From an uncultured Bacteroides sp. (GTDB lineage: Bacteria; Bacteroidota; Bacteroidia; Bacteroidales; Bacteroidaceae), in assembly GCA_902472795.1 (NCBI GenBank), contig CABROZ010000001.1:1-51347 (forward strand): a stretch of 51,347 bases of DNA, read 5' to 3'. The first letter of the stretch is position 1. Each line of letters starts with the position of its first letter. Below the pieces are notes generated by a model. The model saw only the letters and a list, made by a program, of their open reading frames with translations, did not search any database and was not told the DNA's origin. Of the stretch, positions 18,169 to 33,097 are shown piece by piece. A program made the position numbers and the translations under genes.

Positions 18169-19755
18169 TCAGTTATTATCGATGCCGGTCTGGTCTCTGT
18201 TTTTTTCTTTATAAAAGTTGATGCGCTGTTTCCATACCTTGTCTTCCAGTGGAAACACCTGGTGATTGTTGGCCCAGTGGATCCACTTGGCTTCCAGTTC
18301 TTCTACTTTTTCGGGATATTGGACCGAAAGGTCATGAGTCTCGAACGGGTCGGAGGACAAGTCGATCAGTTCCCATTGTTGTTTGCGGCTGGCCTTGACA
18401 AGCTTCCAGTGGCTTTCGATGATGGCGCACGAACTTTGATGCTCGAAATAGATGGTACGCGGCTTAACGGTTTGTCCTGACACAGCCGGCAGCAGACTGA
18501 TGCCCGGCAGGTCGGCATGAGCCTTGCTATTGGGCCAGGAGGCGTTTGCAAGATCCATACAGGTTGGCAGTAAGTCGATGATGTGAGCCGGTTGGCGGCA
18601 GATGCCTCCTTTGTTTGTGTTCTTTTCCGGGTCGCCATAAGTCAGGATGAAGGGAGTACTGGTTCCACCCTGAAAACACCATTGCTTATAGCTACGGTAG
18701 GGCGTGTTGGACAAGTCGGCCATGAGTTGTCCTATATATCCTCCTTCGTTGGTGGCTCCGTTGTCACTTAAAAACAGGAAGACAGTGTTGTCTAATATTC
18801 CTTTCTTACGGACGGCATCGACCAGTTTTCCGATGCCTTCATCCATGATTTCTATCATAGCTGCGTAGGTGGCCATGTCTTTTATCCATTTTTCCTGTTG
18901 CTGGGGTGTCAGGTCACTCCATGCAGGCCGCTTGCCGTCGAATTCGCGGGTATATATGGGGAGCTGCATGCTGTCGGGTACAAGGCCTAATTGCTTCTGC
19001 TTTTCGAAACGTTGTTGGCGCAGGATATCAAACCCTGCTTTGTAGCGCTCGATGCATTTGGCCACGCGGTCGGCAGGAGCCTGGAGAGGCAGATGGGGAG
19101 CATAGTGGGCAACGTATAGGAACATGGGTTCGGCAGTATTGTGCCCTTGTACAAAGCTTACGGCCGAATCGGTGATGGCGTTGGTATAGTAATAGTCGTC
19201 GGGAAATTCGGTGACACGTTCCAGGTCATTGTAAACGGGCGTTGGTTTGTAATAGCTTCCGCCACCGCTCAGACAGCCGTAATAGCGGTCGAAGCCCCGT
19301 TCTACGGGATAGCTTCCGTTGGGAGCCTCGAAGGCTCCTTCGACAGTCACATGCCATTTACCGCTCATATAAGTGCGATAGCCGTTGGCCTTCATTACTT
19401 CGGCTATGGTTGGATATTCGTGACTGATTTGTCCGCGATATCCGGGGCGGTGCTCATCGACGGCTGTCATCCAGCCCATCCCGACTTCGTGCTGATAGCG
19501 TCCGGTAAGCAGAGCTGCACGGCTTGGGCAGCTGCGACCGGTATTCTTGAACTGACTGAAGCGTAAACCTTCGGCTGCCAGTCGGTCAAGATTGGGTGTC
19601 TGGATCTCGCTGCCGTAACAGCCTAAGTCGGAGAATCCCATATCATCGCACATGATGAGAATGATGTTGGGCGCTGTCTTTTCCTGTGCAGTGGCATGAG
19701 GCGAAAGGAAAGCCAGTAATGAAGAAGAAATAAATAATTTATTCGTAATATGCAT
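18169..19755 (-). CDS. Ser-type S1 arylsulfatase, likely S1_4
   Basis: CDDMGFSDLGCYGSEIQTPNLD, SCPSR motif, SGKWH, APHLPLQAP, LSDNG; signal peptide. Confidence 0.9.
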   Translation of the reverse strand: MHITNKLFISSSLLAFLSPHATAQEKTAPNIILIMCDDMGFSDLGCYGSEIQTPNLDRLAAEGLRFSQFKNTGRSCPSRAALLTGRYQHEVGMGWMTAVDEHRPGYRGQISHEYPTIAEVMKANGYRTYMSGKWHVTVEGAFEAPNGSYPVERGFDRYYGCLSGGGSYYKPTPVYNDLERVTEFPDDYYYTNAITDSAVSFVQGHNTAEPMFLYVAHYAPHLPLQAPADRVAKCIERYKAGFDILRQQRFEKQKQLGLVPDSMQLPIYTREFDGKRPAWSDLTPQQQEKWIKDMATYAAMIEIMDEGIGKLVDAVRKKGILDNTVFLFLSDNGATNEGGYIGQLMADLSNTPYRSYKQWCFQGGTSTPFILTYGDPEKNTNKGGICRQPAHIIDLLPTCMDLANASWPNSKAHADLPGISLLPAVSGQTVKPRTIYFEHQSSCAIIESHWKLVKASRKQQWELIDLSSDPFETHDLSVQYPEKVEELEAKWIHWANNHQVFPLEDKVWKQRINFYKEKNRDQTGIDNN

Positions 19756-19898
19756 AGATGAGATGATTTAAACGGTTAGACTTCTTTATGATCATATTTT
19801 GAGTGATGATGAGGCATACTGAATGCTTATGTCTGTTTGTTTTCATTGGGTACGAAGATGTTTAGGAGCAACGTCTTCTGTTACGCGGATAGCGGGTT

Positions 19899-21464
19899 TT
19901 ATTGCTTTTTGTTCGTGGATCTGATTTTCCGAAGCAGAGTTTCAAAGGCAAACACTTTGTCGGGATACCGGACCGACACGTTGTTTTTCTCATACTTCCC
20001 GTCCGTAAGGTCGTATAGTTGCGGAATGCTGTCGTTGCCTGTTTCGCATTTGGCACCCCAGCTCACTATGGCAGGGCCGTCGTTGGCTTCGATGTATTTC
20101 CAGTGACGGGTACGTATGGAGAGGACATGATTGGCAGACTGTTCAACTACCCAGGGACGATCGTTCGAATCGGTGCCTAATAAGTTTCCCAGTCGGTTTT
20201 GACTGTCAGGCGCGCTTCCCTTGGGGAATCTCGCTCCAATCAGGGCACCAAGCGATGCCATCCAATCGATTTGCGAAATCAGGACGTCTGATTCTCCACT
20301 TGGTTTGATGCCTTTGGGCCAGCGGACAATAGCCGGAACGACAGTGCCTCCCTCGTATGCTCCGTATTTGTAACCCCGGAAAGGTCCGGCCGGTTTATGG
20401 TTGCCCAATAACTCTTCGGCACGATCCTGATAGCCGTCGTCTATTACCGGTCCGTTGTCGCTTGACAGGATGATCAGTGTGTTGTCGGCAATGCCCAGCT
20501 CTTCAAGAGTCTGCATGATTTCTCCTACACACCAGTCGAATTGTACGATAGCATCTCCTCGCAATCCCATGGAAGACTGACCGCGGAAACGTGGATGAGG
20601 AAAGCGAGGTACGTGAACATCGTTGGTGGCAAAATATAGGAAGAACGGTTCATTCTGATGACTTTTGATGAAACTGACGGCGTGCGACGTTATGGAATCG
20701 GCTATGTTTTCATCTTTCCAGAGCGCTTTACCACCGCCTTTCATATAGCCTATTCGGCTAATGCCGTTCACGATGGATTTGTCGTGTCCGTGGCTTGGCT
20801 TCAGGTTGTAGAGCAACTCGGGGTTGTCCTTCCCTGTAGGTTCTCCCGGGAAGTTTTTTACATAACTTACTTCGATAGGAGCGGTGGGGTCGTAATCGGC
20901 TACCATATCGTTTTCGATGAACACACAGGGAACGCGGTCGGCTGTGGCGGCCATGATATAATGGTAATCGAATCCTAAGTCGTCTAACGAAGAAGGTAGC
21001 GGAGCGTTCCAATCCTGACTACCGGTTTTATCGCCTAATCCTAAATGCCACTTGCCGACAGCAGCTGTGGCATAACCTGCATGTTTGAACATGTCGGCCA
21101 TGGTGTATTGTCCGGGTTTGATGATCATGCCTGCATTACCGGCAGCAATATCGGTTCCCGGTTTGCGCCATGCATATTCACCTGTTAATAAGGAGTAGCG
21201 CGACGGTGTGCTTGTCGAGGCTGTGGCATGTACATTGGTGAAGCGGATACCTTCGGATGCCAGTCGATCGACATGAGGAGTTTTTACCCCTTGGGCACCA
21301 TAACATTGCAAGTCACCATAACCCAAATCGTCGGCATAGATAATGATGACGTTGGGCTTTTCACGTTCTTGTACTTTTCTATTGTTCTTAGGTGCTTCCG
21401 TTGCGGCTGTTATGCCGGCCATGATGGGTGAAAGCAACGACAGGGTTAATAATGACTGTTTCAT
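19899..21464 (-). CDS. Ser-type S1 sulfatase, likely S1_15 (6S-Gal/GalNAc type)
   Basis: YADDLGYGD, STPSR motif, GKWHLGLG, ATADRVP, DVHVPR, SSDNGP. Confidence 0.9.
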   Translation of the reverse strand: MKQSLLTLSLLSPIMAGITAATEAPKNNRKVQEREKPNVIIIYADDLGYGDLQCYGAQGVKTPHVDRLASEGIRFTNVHATASTSTPSRYSLLTGEYAWRKPGTDIAAGNAGMIIKPGQYTMADMFKHAGYATAAVGKWHLGLGDKTGSQDWNAPLPSSLDDLGFDYHYIMAATADRVPCVFIENDMVADYDPTAPIEVSYVKNFPGEPTGKDNPELLYNLKPSHGHDKSIVNGISRIGYMKGGGKALWKDENIADSITSHAVSFIKSHQNEPFFLYFATNDVHVPRFPHPRFRGQSSMGLRGDAIVQFDWCVGEIMQTLEELGIADNTLIILSSDNGPVIDDGYQDRAEELLGNHKPAGPFRGYKYGAYEGGTVVPAIVRWPKGIKPSGESDVLISQIDWMASLGALIGARFPKGSAPDSQNRLGNLLGTDSNDRPWVVEQSANHVLSIRTRHWKYIEANDGPAIVSWGAKCETGNDSIPQLYDLTDGKYEKNNVSVRYPDKVFAFETLLRKIRSTNKKQ

Positions 21465-21503
21465 TGGGCTCCAAGGTTAGCTTTACGATGGTTTGAGAAA
21501 CAT

Positions 21504-21537
21504 GGAGTTGTGTCGTCTTTTCTATCGACACAACTCC
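21504..21537. other. Intra-operon stem-loop
   Basis: GGAGTTGTGTCG-N10-CGACACAACTCC perfect 12-bp stem between two co-oriented sulfatase genes. Confidence 0.65.
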
Positions 21538-21564
21538 GGTCCCTCACGTTTAAAAAAAGAGATA

Positions 21565-23130
21565 TTAGCGGTCTTTTTCGGTCGAAAAACGAACAGGATC
21601 GTTATATTGTTCCTGTAGCTTGAGCATTTCTGCTTTTAGTTCGGTTACAATGGAATCGTATTCGCTTTTTCCGTATAAATTGTTCATTTCGATCGGATCG
21701 TTCTGTATGTCATAGAGTTCCCATGCATCGATATCGTTATAGAAGTGTATCAGTTTGTAACGTTCGGTGCGGATGCCGTAATGGCGCTTTACCATGTGCT
21801 CAGCCGGGTATTCGTAGAAATGGTAGTAGAGTGCTTTACGCCAATCGGCTGTTTTTTCGCCTTTCAGTAACGGGAGTAGTGAAACGCCTTGTATATCTTC
21901 AGGAATTGGTGCACCGGCCAGTTCGAGGAAAGTGGGTGCATAGTCGATGTTCTGCACTAATTGCGGGATGTCACCACGGGTCTTGAAGTCGGCAGGCAAG
22001 TGCATAATGAGCGGTGTACGCATAGATTCTTCATACATGAAACGCTTATCAAACCATCCGTGTTCGCCCATATAGAAGCCTTGGTCGGAAGTATAGACAA
22101 CCAGTGTATTGTCGAGCAAACCGTTTTCTTCCAAATAGTCGAGTACGCGGCCTACATTGTCATCGAGCGACTTTACAACTTTGGCATAGTCGCGCATGTA
22201 GCGTTGGAATTTCCATTCTGCCAGTTCCTTACCTTGTGGATTCTTGCGGTAAAAGTCTTCGATGATGGGATTATAGAAGTCGTCCCAAGCCTTTCGTTGT
22301 GCCGGGTTCATACGTCCCAGGAAACTTTCGTAAAGAGCCTTCAGACGGCTGTCTTTCCCTTCTTTCAACATTTTAAGGTCGTAGATCAGATCCATGTCTT
22401 TAGCGATGCTCATCTCTTGGGCAGCAGCAGCCAAACGCCCCTCGTAATTATCATAGAAGTTGCTTGGTAGCGGGAATTCCTTGTCTTCGTAAAGGTGTAA
22501 GTTACAGGTGTCGGCCATCCAGTTGCGGTGAATGGCTTTGTGATGGATCAGCAGGCAGAAAGGTTTGTTTTTATCGCGCTTGTTTTCCATCCAGTCGATT
22601 GCATCGTCAGTGATGATGTTTGTGATATAGCCCTCCTTTTGGATAGTATCGTTGTTTTGCGTGATAAAGTCGGGGTTGTAGTAGTCGCCTTGTCCGGGCA
22701 CTACTTCCCAATAGTCGAATCCCGATGGGAGACTTTCCAAATGCCATTTGCCTACAACGGCTGTCTGATAACCGGCTTTACGGAGCAGCTTGGGGAAGGT
22801 CTGTTGGGCACTGTCGAATACACAGGTGGTATTGTCATAGAACTTGTTGGCACACGAGTGCTTACCGGTGAGCATACAGGCACGGCTGGGACCACTGAGC
22901 GAATTGGCCACGAAGCTGTTGGTGAAACGAACACCGTCGCGGGCAATGCGGTCAAGGTTGGGAGTCTCTATGTTACGGGTATCATAGCAACTCATCATCT
23001 GAGCCGTATGATCATCGGTCATGATATAGACTATGTTATAAGGCTTGGGTGCATTGTCAGGTTGATGGCATGCCGAAAAGAGGGAGGCTATACCGGCTAT
23101 GCCGAAAAGTGGGTAGATTGAATTATTCAT
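21565..23130 (-). CDS. Ser-type S1 sulfatase, likely S1_11 (GlcNAc-6-sulfatase), lipoprotein
   Basis: IMTDDH, SGPSR motif, HHKAIHRNW, YTSDQGFYMGEHGWFDKRFMYEES, YYHFYEYPAEH; lipobox FSAC. Confidence 0.92.
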   Translation of the reverse strand: MNNSIYPLFGIAGIASLFSACHQPDNAPKPYNIVYIMTDDHTAQMMSCYDTRNIETPNLDRIARDGVRFTNSFVANSLSGPSRACMLTGKHSCANKFYDNTTCVFDSAQQTFPKLLRKAGYQTAVVGKWHLESLPSGFDYWEVVPGQGDYYNPDFITQNNDTIQKEGYITNIITDDAIDWMENKRDKNKPFCLLIHHKAIHRNWMADTCNLHLYEDKEFPLPSNFYDNYEGRLAAAAQEMSIAKDMDLIYDLKMLKEGKDSRLKALYESFLGRMNPAQRKAWDDFYNPIIEDFYRKNPQGKELAEWKFQRYMRDYAKVVKSLDDNVGRVLDYLEENGLLDNTLVVYTSDQGFYMGEHGWFDKRFMYEESMRTPLIMHLPADFKTRGDIPQLVQNIDYAPTFLELAGAPIPEDIQGVSLLPLLKGEKTADWRKALYYHFYEYPAEHMVKRHYGIRTERYKLIHFYNDIDAWELYDIQNDPIEMNNLYGKSEYDSIVTELKAEMLKLQEQYNDPVRFSTEKDR

Positions 23131-23192
23131 AAATATGTTTGGGTTTTATAATTATTGCATGATGATTGTTATAAAATAGTGCTTAACCGATG

Positions 23193-28659
<5,467 letters not shown>

Positions 28660-28713
28660 GATTCATTCGGGTTTCAGAAAAAGTTGATTCCTATTGTTCG
28701 TTTTAAAATCGTA

Positions 28714-31035
28714 TTATTTAATAATGATTTCGTCCAAATAGATTCTGGAAGCTTGACCTGGCCGTACATGATCTTCCGGACATTTACCCGGTGTTTCCAA
28801 TGTAAACCGTATATAACGTGCTACCACATCTTTGGTTTTTATGCTTAGATCCTCAATGAAATTTCCTTCTTTGAAAATTTCATTATCACTATATTCGCGG
28901 TCTCCTGCCAGTGTAAATGTCTGGTTATCAGTGGATATTTCGACTTTGAAGGTTCTTGGTTTGTGAACACCCATACCATAATTCGTGATGCAGCCAACAG
29001 CACATTCATTTATTTTTTCCGTTTTTTGCAAATCGACTGTAAACGAAAGAGGTTTGGACGCGTCGCCAGTGAACCATTCGAAATCCGTCTGCTTAAGACT
29101 GCCCCGCACACCATTGACTAAGATATCTGCCTCTTTGGGAAGTCCTTGCAGGCTTTTTGCTGTTGCCTTATTCCTTTGTAGTGGTAAGATCAGTTTTTTC
29201 CCTTTTTGCTTTCCGTTAACAAAGGTAGCTGCCTGTAATAAAACTTCTTTGTCAATAACTAATTCCTGTTTATACAAAGGAGAGGTGGCTAACGGCTCTG
29301 TTCCATCCGTTGTATAATGTATTTCGACGTCGGGGCGTTCGCATTCAAGTTTGACATTCAGTTTATTGTCTGTTGGGGTGACCTTATGTTGTATATTATA
29401 CATAGACTTGGCATATATAACGCCTTTGGCATCCAAATGTGTCAGATAATGATCCAATGCCTTCAGAAAGGCTGGCCAGTCTTTACTGTCGCGTGCCGAC
29501 CAAGCTACTTCGGCAACAGCTGCTAGACGTGGGAAGATCTGATATGTCACATCTCGAGGGCTTGAACAAAATTCAGTCCACATGGAACCTTGTACGCCCA
29601 TCAGCAGATTGGCGTATGACGGGTCCCAACTCTTTTGTATCGGTTCATAGTCATACACGTCCTTCAGCGTATTGTTTCCGAAATAGGTGAGCGGCTCGAA
29701 CCACTGTGGCCCCTGGTAACGTATCAGGTAAAGCAAACGGGCGGGAGTCATTATGAAGGGATGTCCTTGCGCTGCAGCTTTCAGGGCAGCATTGCCGAAT
29801 CCTTGCCATCCGAAGATAGTAGCTCCTTCAGGCAGTTTGCTGTTCGTCAGCTCATCCCATCCCATGACTTTCTTGCCTTTTACTTCCTGTACGTATTTGC
29901 TAATGCGTCGCATGAAATATCCCTGCAAATCTTCTTCGTCTTGCAGGTGCTCTTTTTTTATTCGTGCCTGACACAAGGGACATTCTTTCCAATGTGTTTT
30001 CCATGCTTCATCGCCTCCGATATGAATGTATTCAGAGGGAAAAAGTTCGGCTATCTCATCGATGATGCCTTGCAGAAAATCAAATGTCTTGTCATTTCCT
30101 GCACAGTAGATGATGTCGGCATTGCTACCACCAAGTCCGGGAAGCACTCCTATAAACTTATTTACTACCGGGCAAGCGTATTCCGGATAGGCTGCCAATG
30201 CTGCATTGGAATGAGCCGGCATGTCAATTTCCGGTATAATCTCAATTTGTCTTTGCTGGGCATAGTTGATGATTTCTTTCATCTGGTCCTGGGTATAATA
30301 TCCACCGATGGGAGTCGGCTCTTCAGGAGAAGGATTCCGACGATCGGGGAAGGGGGAATATTCTCTGTTCACCCTCCATGCACCAACTTCTGTCAGGCGT
30401 GGATACTTTTTTATTTCAATTCGCCAGCCATTGTCATCTGTAAGATGCAGATGGAGTTTATTCAGTTTTAGCAGAGCCATGCAATCGATTATTTTCAGCA
30501 CTTCTTCTTTCGGTATGAAATAACGTGAAACGTCTAGCATGAGCCCTCTGTATGGGAACCTTGGACCATCGGTCATTTCCATGGCCGGTATAATCCAGTC
30601 GATATCTTGACGTATCACGCGGTTTTCAATTTGTGCCGGTAAGACAAGTCTGAGTGTCTGAATTGCATAGAAGAATCCGCTAAGCGTTGATGCCTTTATC
30701 GATATACCTTCTTTTTTTACTTGTAAGGAATAAGATTCGGGCTTTATGTTTTTGTCCGTTTTGAAGACGATGTCTGCCTCTTTGTTGATGACGACTGATG
30801 GTGTAAAACCAGCCGGTAACGTAAACAATGATGAAAAGTATTCGGCAATAGCTTTTTGTTCACTGTTCTCAACAGAAATGCTTGTTTGAGAAGTGATCCT
30901 GAATGTTTCTTTACTTGTGTTCTGGTAATGAAGCGGTCGGGGCACTAAAGCTATATCTTGGGACCAGAGTTTGCCTTGTACCGCTATACACATGATGATG
31001 GGAATGATTATTTTGTAGAATACATTATCGCTCAT
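28714..31035 (-). CDS. GH20 beta-N-acetylhexosaminidase with C-terminal accessory domains
   Basis: RGLMLDVSR, HLTDDNGWR, PEIDMPAH, HIGGDEA catalytic motif, YTTDG (FN3-associated-like). Confidence 0.93.
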   Translation of the reverse strand: MSDNVFYKIIIPIIMCIAVQGKLWSQDIALVPRPLHYQNTSKETFRITSQTSISVENSEQKAIAEYFSSLFTLPAGFTPSVVINKEADIVFKTDKNIKPESYSLQVKKEGISIKASTLSGFFYAIQTLRLVLPAQIENRVIRQDIDWIIPAMEMTDGPRFPYRGLMLDVSRYFIPKEEVLKIIDCMALLKLNKLHLHLTDDNGWRIEIKKYPRLTEVGAWRVNREYSPFPDRRNPSPEEPTPIGGYYTQDQMKEIINYAQQRQIEIIPEIDMPAHSNAALAAYPEYACPVVNKFIGVLPGLGGSNADIIYCAGNDKTFDFLQGIIDEIAELFPSEYIHIGGDEAWKTHWKECPLCQARIKKEHLQDEEDLQGYFMRRISKYVQEVKGKKVMGWDELTNSKLPEGATIFGWQGFGNAALKAAAQGHPFIMTPARLLYLIRYQGPQWFEPLTYFGNNTLKDVYDYEPIQKSWDPSYANLLMGVQGSMWTEFCSSPRDVTYQIFPRLAAVAEVAWSARDSKDWPAFLKALDHYLTHLDAKGVIYAKSMYNIQHKVTPTDNKLNVKLECERPDVEIHYTTDGTEPLATSPLYKQELVIDKEVLLQAATFVNGKQKGKKLILPLQRNKATAKSLQGLPKEADILVNGVRGSLKQTDFEWFTGDASKPLSFTVDLQKTEKINECAVGCITNYGMGVHKPRTFKVEISTDNQTFTLAGDREYSDNEIFKEGNFIEDLSIKTKDVVARYIRFTLETPGKCPEDHVRPGQASRIYLDEIIIK

Positions 31036-31063
31036 GGTCGTGAGAGATTTTAAGGTGAATAAG

Positions 31064-31110
31064 AAAAAAGGGGCAACAGATCTTTATTTCAAGTCCGCTG
31101 ACCCCTTTTC
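31064..31110 (-). terminator. Intrinsic terminator/attenuator downstream of susD
   Basis: Minus strand AAAAGGGGTCAGCGGA...TCTGTTGCCCCTTTTTT; a second hairpin TAGGCTCAAT/ATTGAGCCTA at 31149-31180. Confidence 0.65.
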
Positions 31111-31191
31111 ATTTTGTTGATTAATTGATTGGGTGACTGATTATTCCATAGGCTCAATTGGTGGCCATGCATTGAGCCTACTCGATTTCAA

Positions 31192-33060
31192 TTAATACCC
31201 GAAGTTATTGTCTGTAATACCGGGGTTAGCATCTCTTTCTGTATCAGGAATAGGTAACAACAAATTCTTTTTCAAGAAATCTTCCGTCAAATTGCCTTCA
31301 TTATAAATACGGTCGGTCCATTTCTGGGCGGCAGTTTTGTAATAGGCATCGGAAGCTTTTGTGAATTCGTGGTTATTGTGATATTCCAAAGCTTTTTTCA
31401 GATATTCTGTTCCGCGGATGCGAATCATTTCATACATGTCTGGTTCGCCAAACAATTCTATAATACGTTCGAAATACAGTTTTTCACGAACCTGTTCAGT
31501 GGATAATGAGGTTGGCCAATCCTTAGGTTCTACCGCAGGAGCTGTTGTTGTGGCAGATCTACGGGCGCGAGCCAAAACTTCATTTGCCAGTGAAATGGCT
31601 TTGTCCTTATCGCCTAATTCGTTGTAAACATCGGCCATCAAAAGTAACATTTCGGCATAACGATAGACCATCAGATTCTTGTGACTGGCTGTACCCTGTT
31701 GGCTTTGATCATACAGTTTGGCGTGTGCGGGCCAAGCTTGCTGGCTACCATTCTCAGCAAATGTCTTTTTCAGATTTTTTAAGGCTGATATACGGGCTTT
31801 CTCATATCCAGTGGCGTTGGCAGGTGCCTCTAAGTTTTCCAAGTAAGACAGCGACGGGTTAGCCGGATTTTCCATCTCTTCGTATGGAATACGGGTTACA
31901 AACTCCTTCGGTTCTACCCCTTTGCCGTTTTTGTAAATCGAGTCGTACACGGCTACTTCTTTTCCATTAACAGTTTTGCTACCCAATTGAACCTTATAAC
32001 TGATGTAAGGATAGTAATATACGGAGTCGTTAGCAGAAGGCGTATCGCCTACCTGAGCCTTTGGATTGGCTTGGTTGTTACCGCTACGTTCTCTATGCTG
32101 CGTTAAGAAGGTCGCTGCGATGCGAGGATCGCCAGGATACATGCTCCAATGCATATCGTAAGCAGCTTTTGTAGCACGATAGGTACTCCAGTTTACGCCG
32201 GTGGTAGATGAAGTAGGCGAGAAACGATTGCTGGCACGGTTGAAGCAGTTGGTTGACGTTACGCTGAAATTGATTTGAAAAATCGATTCCTTGGAGTTTG
32301 ATACCCAATCGCCGAACAGATCTGCAAAGTTGTTCTCTAACTGATAAACGCCACTGTTGTAAACTGCATCAAACATATTCTTGGCATTGTTCCAGTTTTC
32401 TGTTGCATTGACACCCAATACAGCTAGTTTATAGTAAACCTTACCCATGAAAGCCTTTACTGCCCATGAATTGACACGACCTGCATCGGAGGTTTTATTA
32501 ATGCTCTCGGCGGCTTTCAAGTCTTCGATGACGTGAGCCAATATTTCTTCCCGAGGTGTACGTCCGATTGTAATACCTTCGGAGGTAGAAGCGGTTGTCT
32601 TGAAAGGAACATCGCCAAACAGAGAAACCAGATTGTAATAAGCCATTGCACGCAAGAATCTGGCTTCGCCACTGTATTGGTTTTTAATTTCGGCAGATAG
32701 TCCGCTACTTTCCAGATTGCTCAGGTAAGCATTTACTTCGGAGATAACCTTATACATTGCATTCCAAGTCGTAGAAATCAGTCCGTCGCTCGATAATGAC
32801 TGCAAACTTACAATACCGTCGCTACCGCTTCGTTGTGACCAGGCAAATCCTGAACCACTGATAGGTATTTCCTGCCAATGCTGTCCGTATGCCGACGTAG
32901 TGCTCATATAAGAGTAACAGCCTAATAATGCCAGTTCTGCATTACTTTCACTGGAGAACACAATGTTGTTATTCTGCGTATATAATGGATCTTCGTCCAA
33001 GCATGAAGACATGCAACATGCTACAGAAAGAGACAGAATTAAGAATTTTATATTTTTCAT
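31192..33060 (-). CDS. susD: SusD/RagB family glycan-binding lipoprotein
   Basis: Lipobox MSSC-LDEDP, GEARFLRAMAYYNLVSLFGDVP, YRYAEMLL..A, ERIIELFGE, LLPIP..E...NP; directly downstream of susC. Confidence 0.95.
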   Translation of the reverse strand: MKNIKFLILSLSVACCMSSCLDEDPLYTQNNNIVFSSESNAELALLGCYSYMSTTSAYGQHWQEIPISGSGFAWSQRSGSDGIVSLQSLSSDGLISTTWNAMYKVISEVNAYLSNLESSGLSAEIKNQYSGEARFLRAMAYYNLVSLFGDVPFKTTASTSEGITIGRTPREEILAHVIEDLKAAESINKTSDAGRVNSWAVKAFMGKVYYKLAVLGVNATENWNNAKNMFDAVYNSGVYQLENNFADLFGDWVSNSKESIFQINFSVTSTNCFNRASNRFSPTSSTTGVNWSTYRATKAAYDMHWSMYPGDPRIAATFLTQHRERSGNNQANPKAQVGDTPSANDSVYYYPYISYKVQLGSKTVNGKEVAVYDSIYKNGKGVEPKEFVTRIPYEEMENPANPSLSYLENLEAPANATGYEKARISALKNLKKTFAENGSQQAWPAHAKLYDQSQQGTASHKNLMVYRYAEMLLLMADVYNELGDKDKAISLANEVLARARRSATTTAPAVEPKDWPTSLSTEQVREKLYFERIIELFGEPDMYEMIRIRGTEYLKKALEYHNNHEFTKASDAYYKTAAQKWTDRIYNEGNLTEDFLKKNLLLPIPDTERDANPGITDNNFGY

Positions 33061-33097
33061 ATTTTGTTTTCTTTAAAGTTTATGGTATCGATTAATG

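Noticed and set aside
19500..19540. Cys-type sulfatase call from the SCPSR motif
   Set aside because: In the (C/S)-x-P-x-R register the catalytic residue is Ser; the Cys is at the x position
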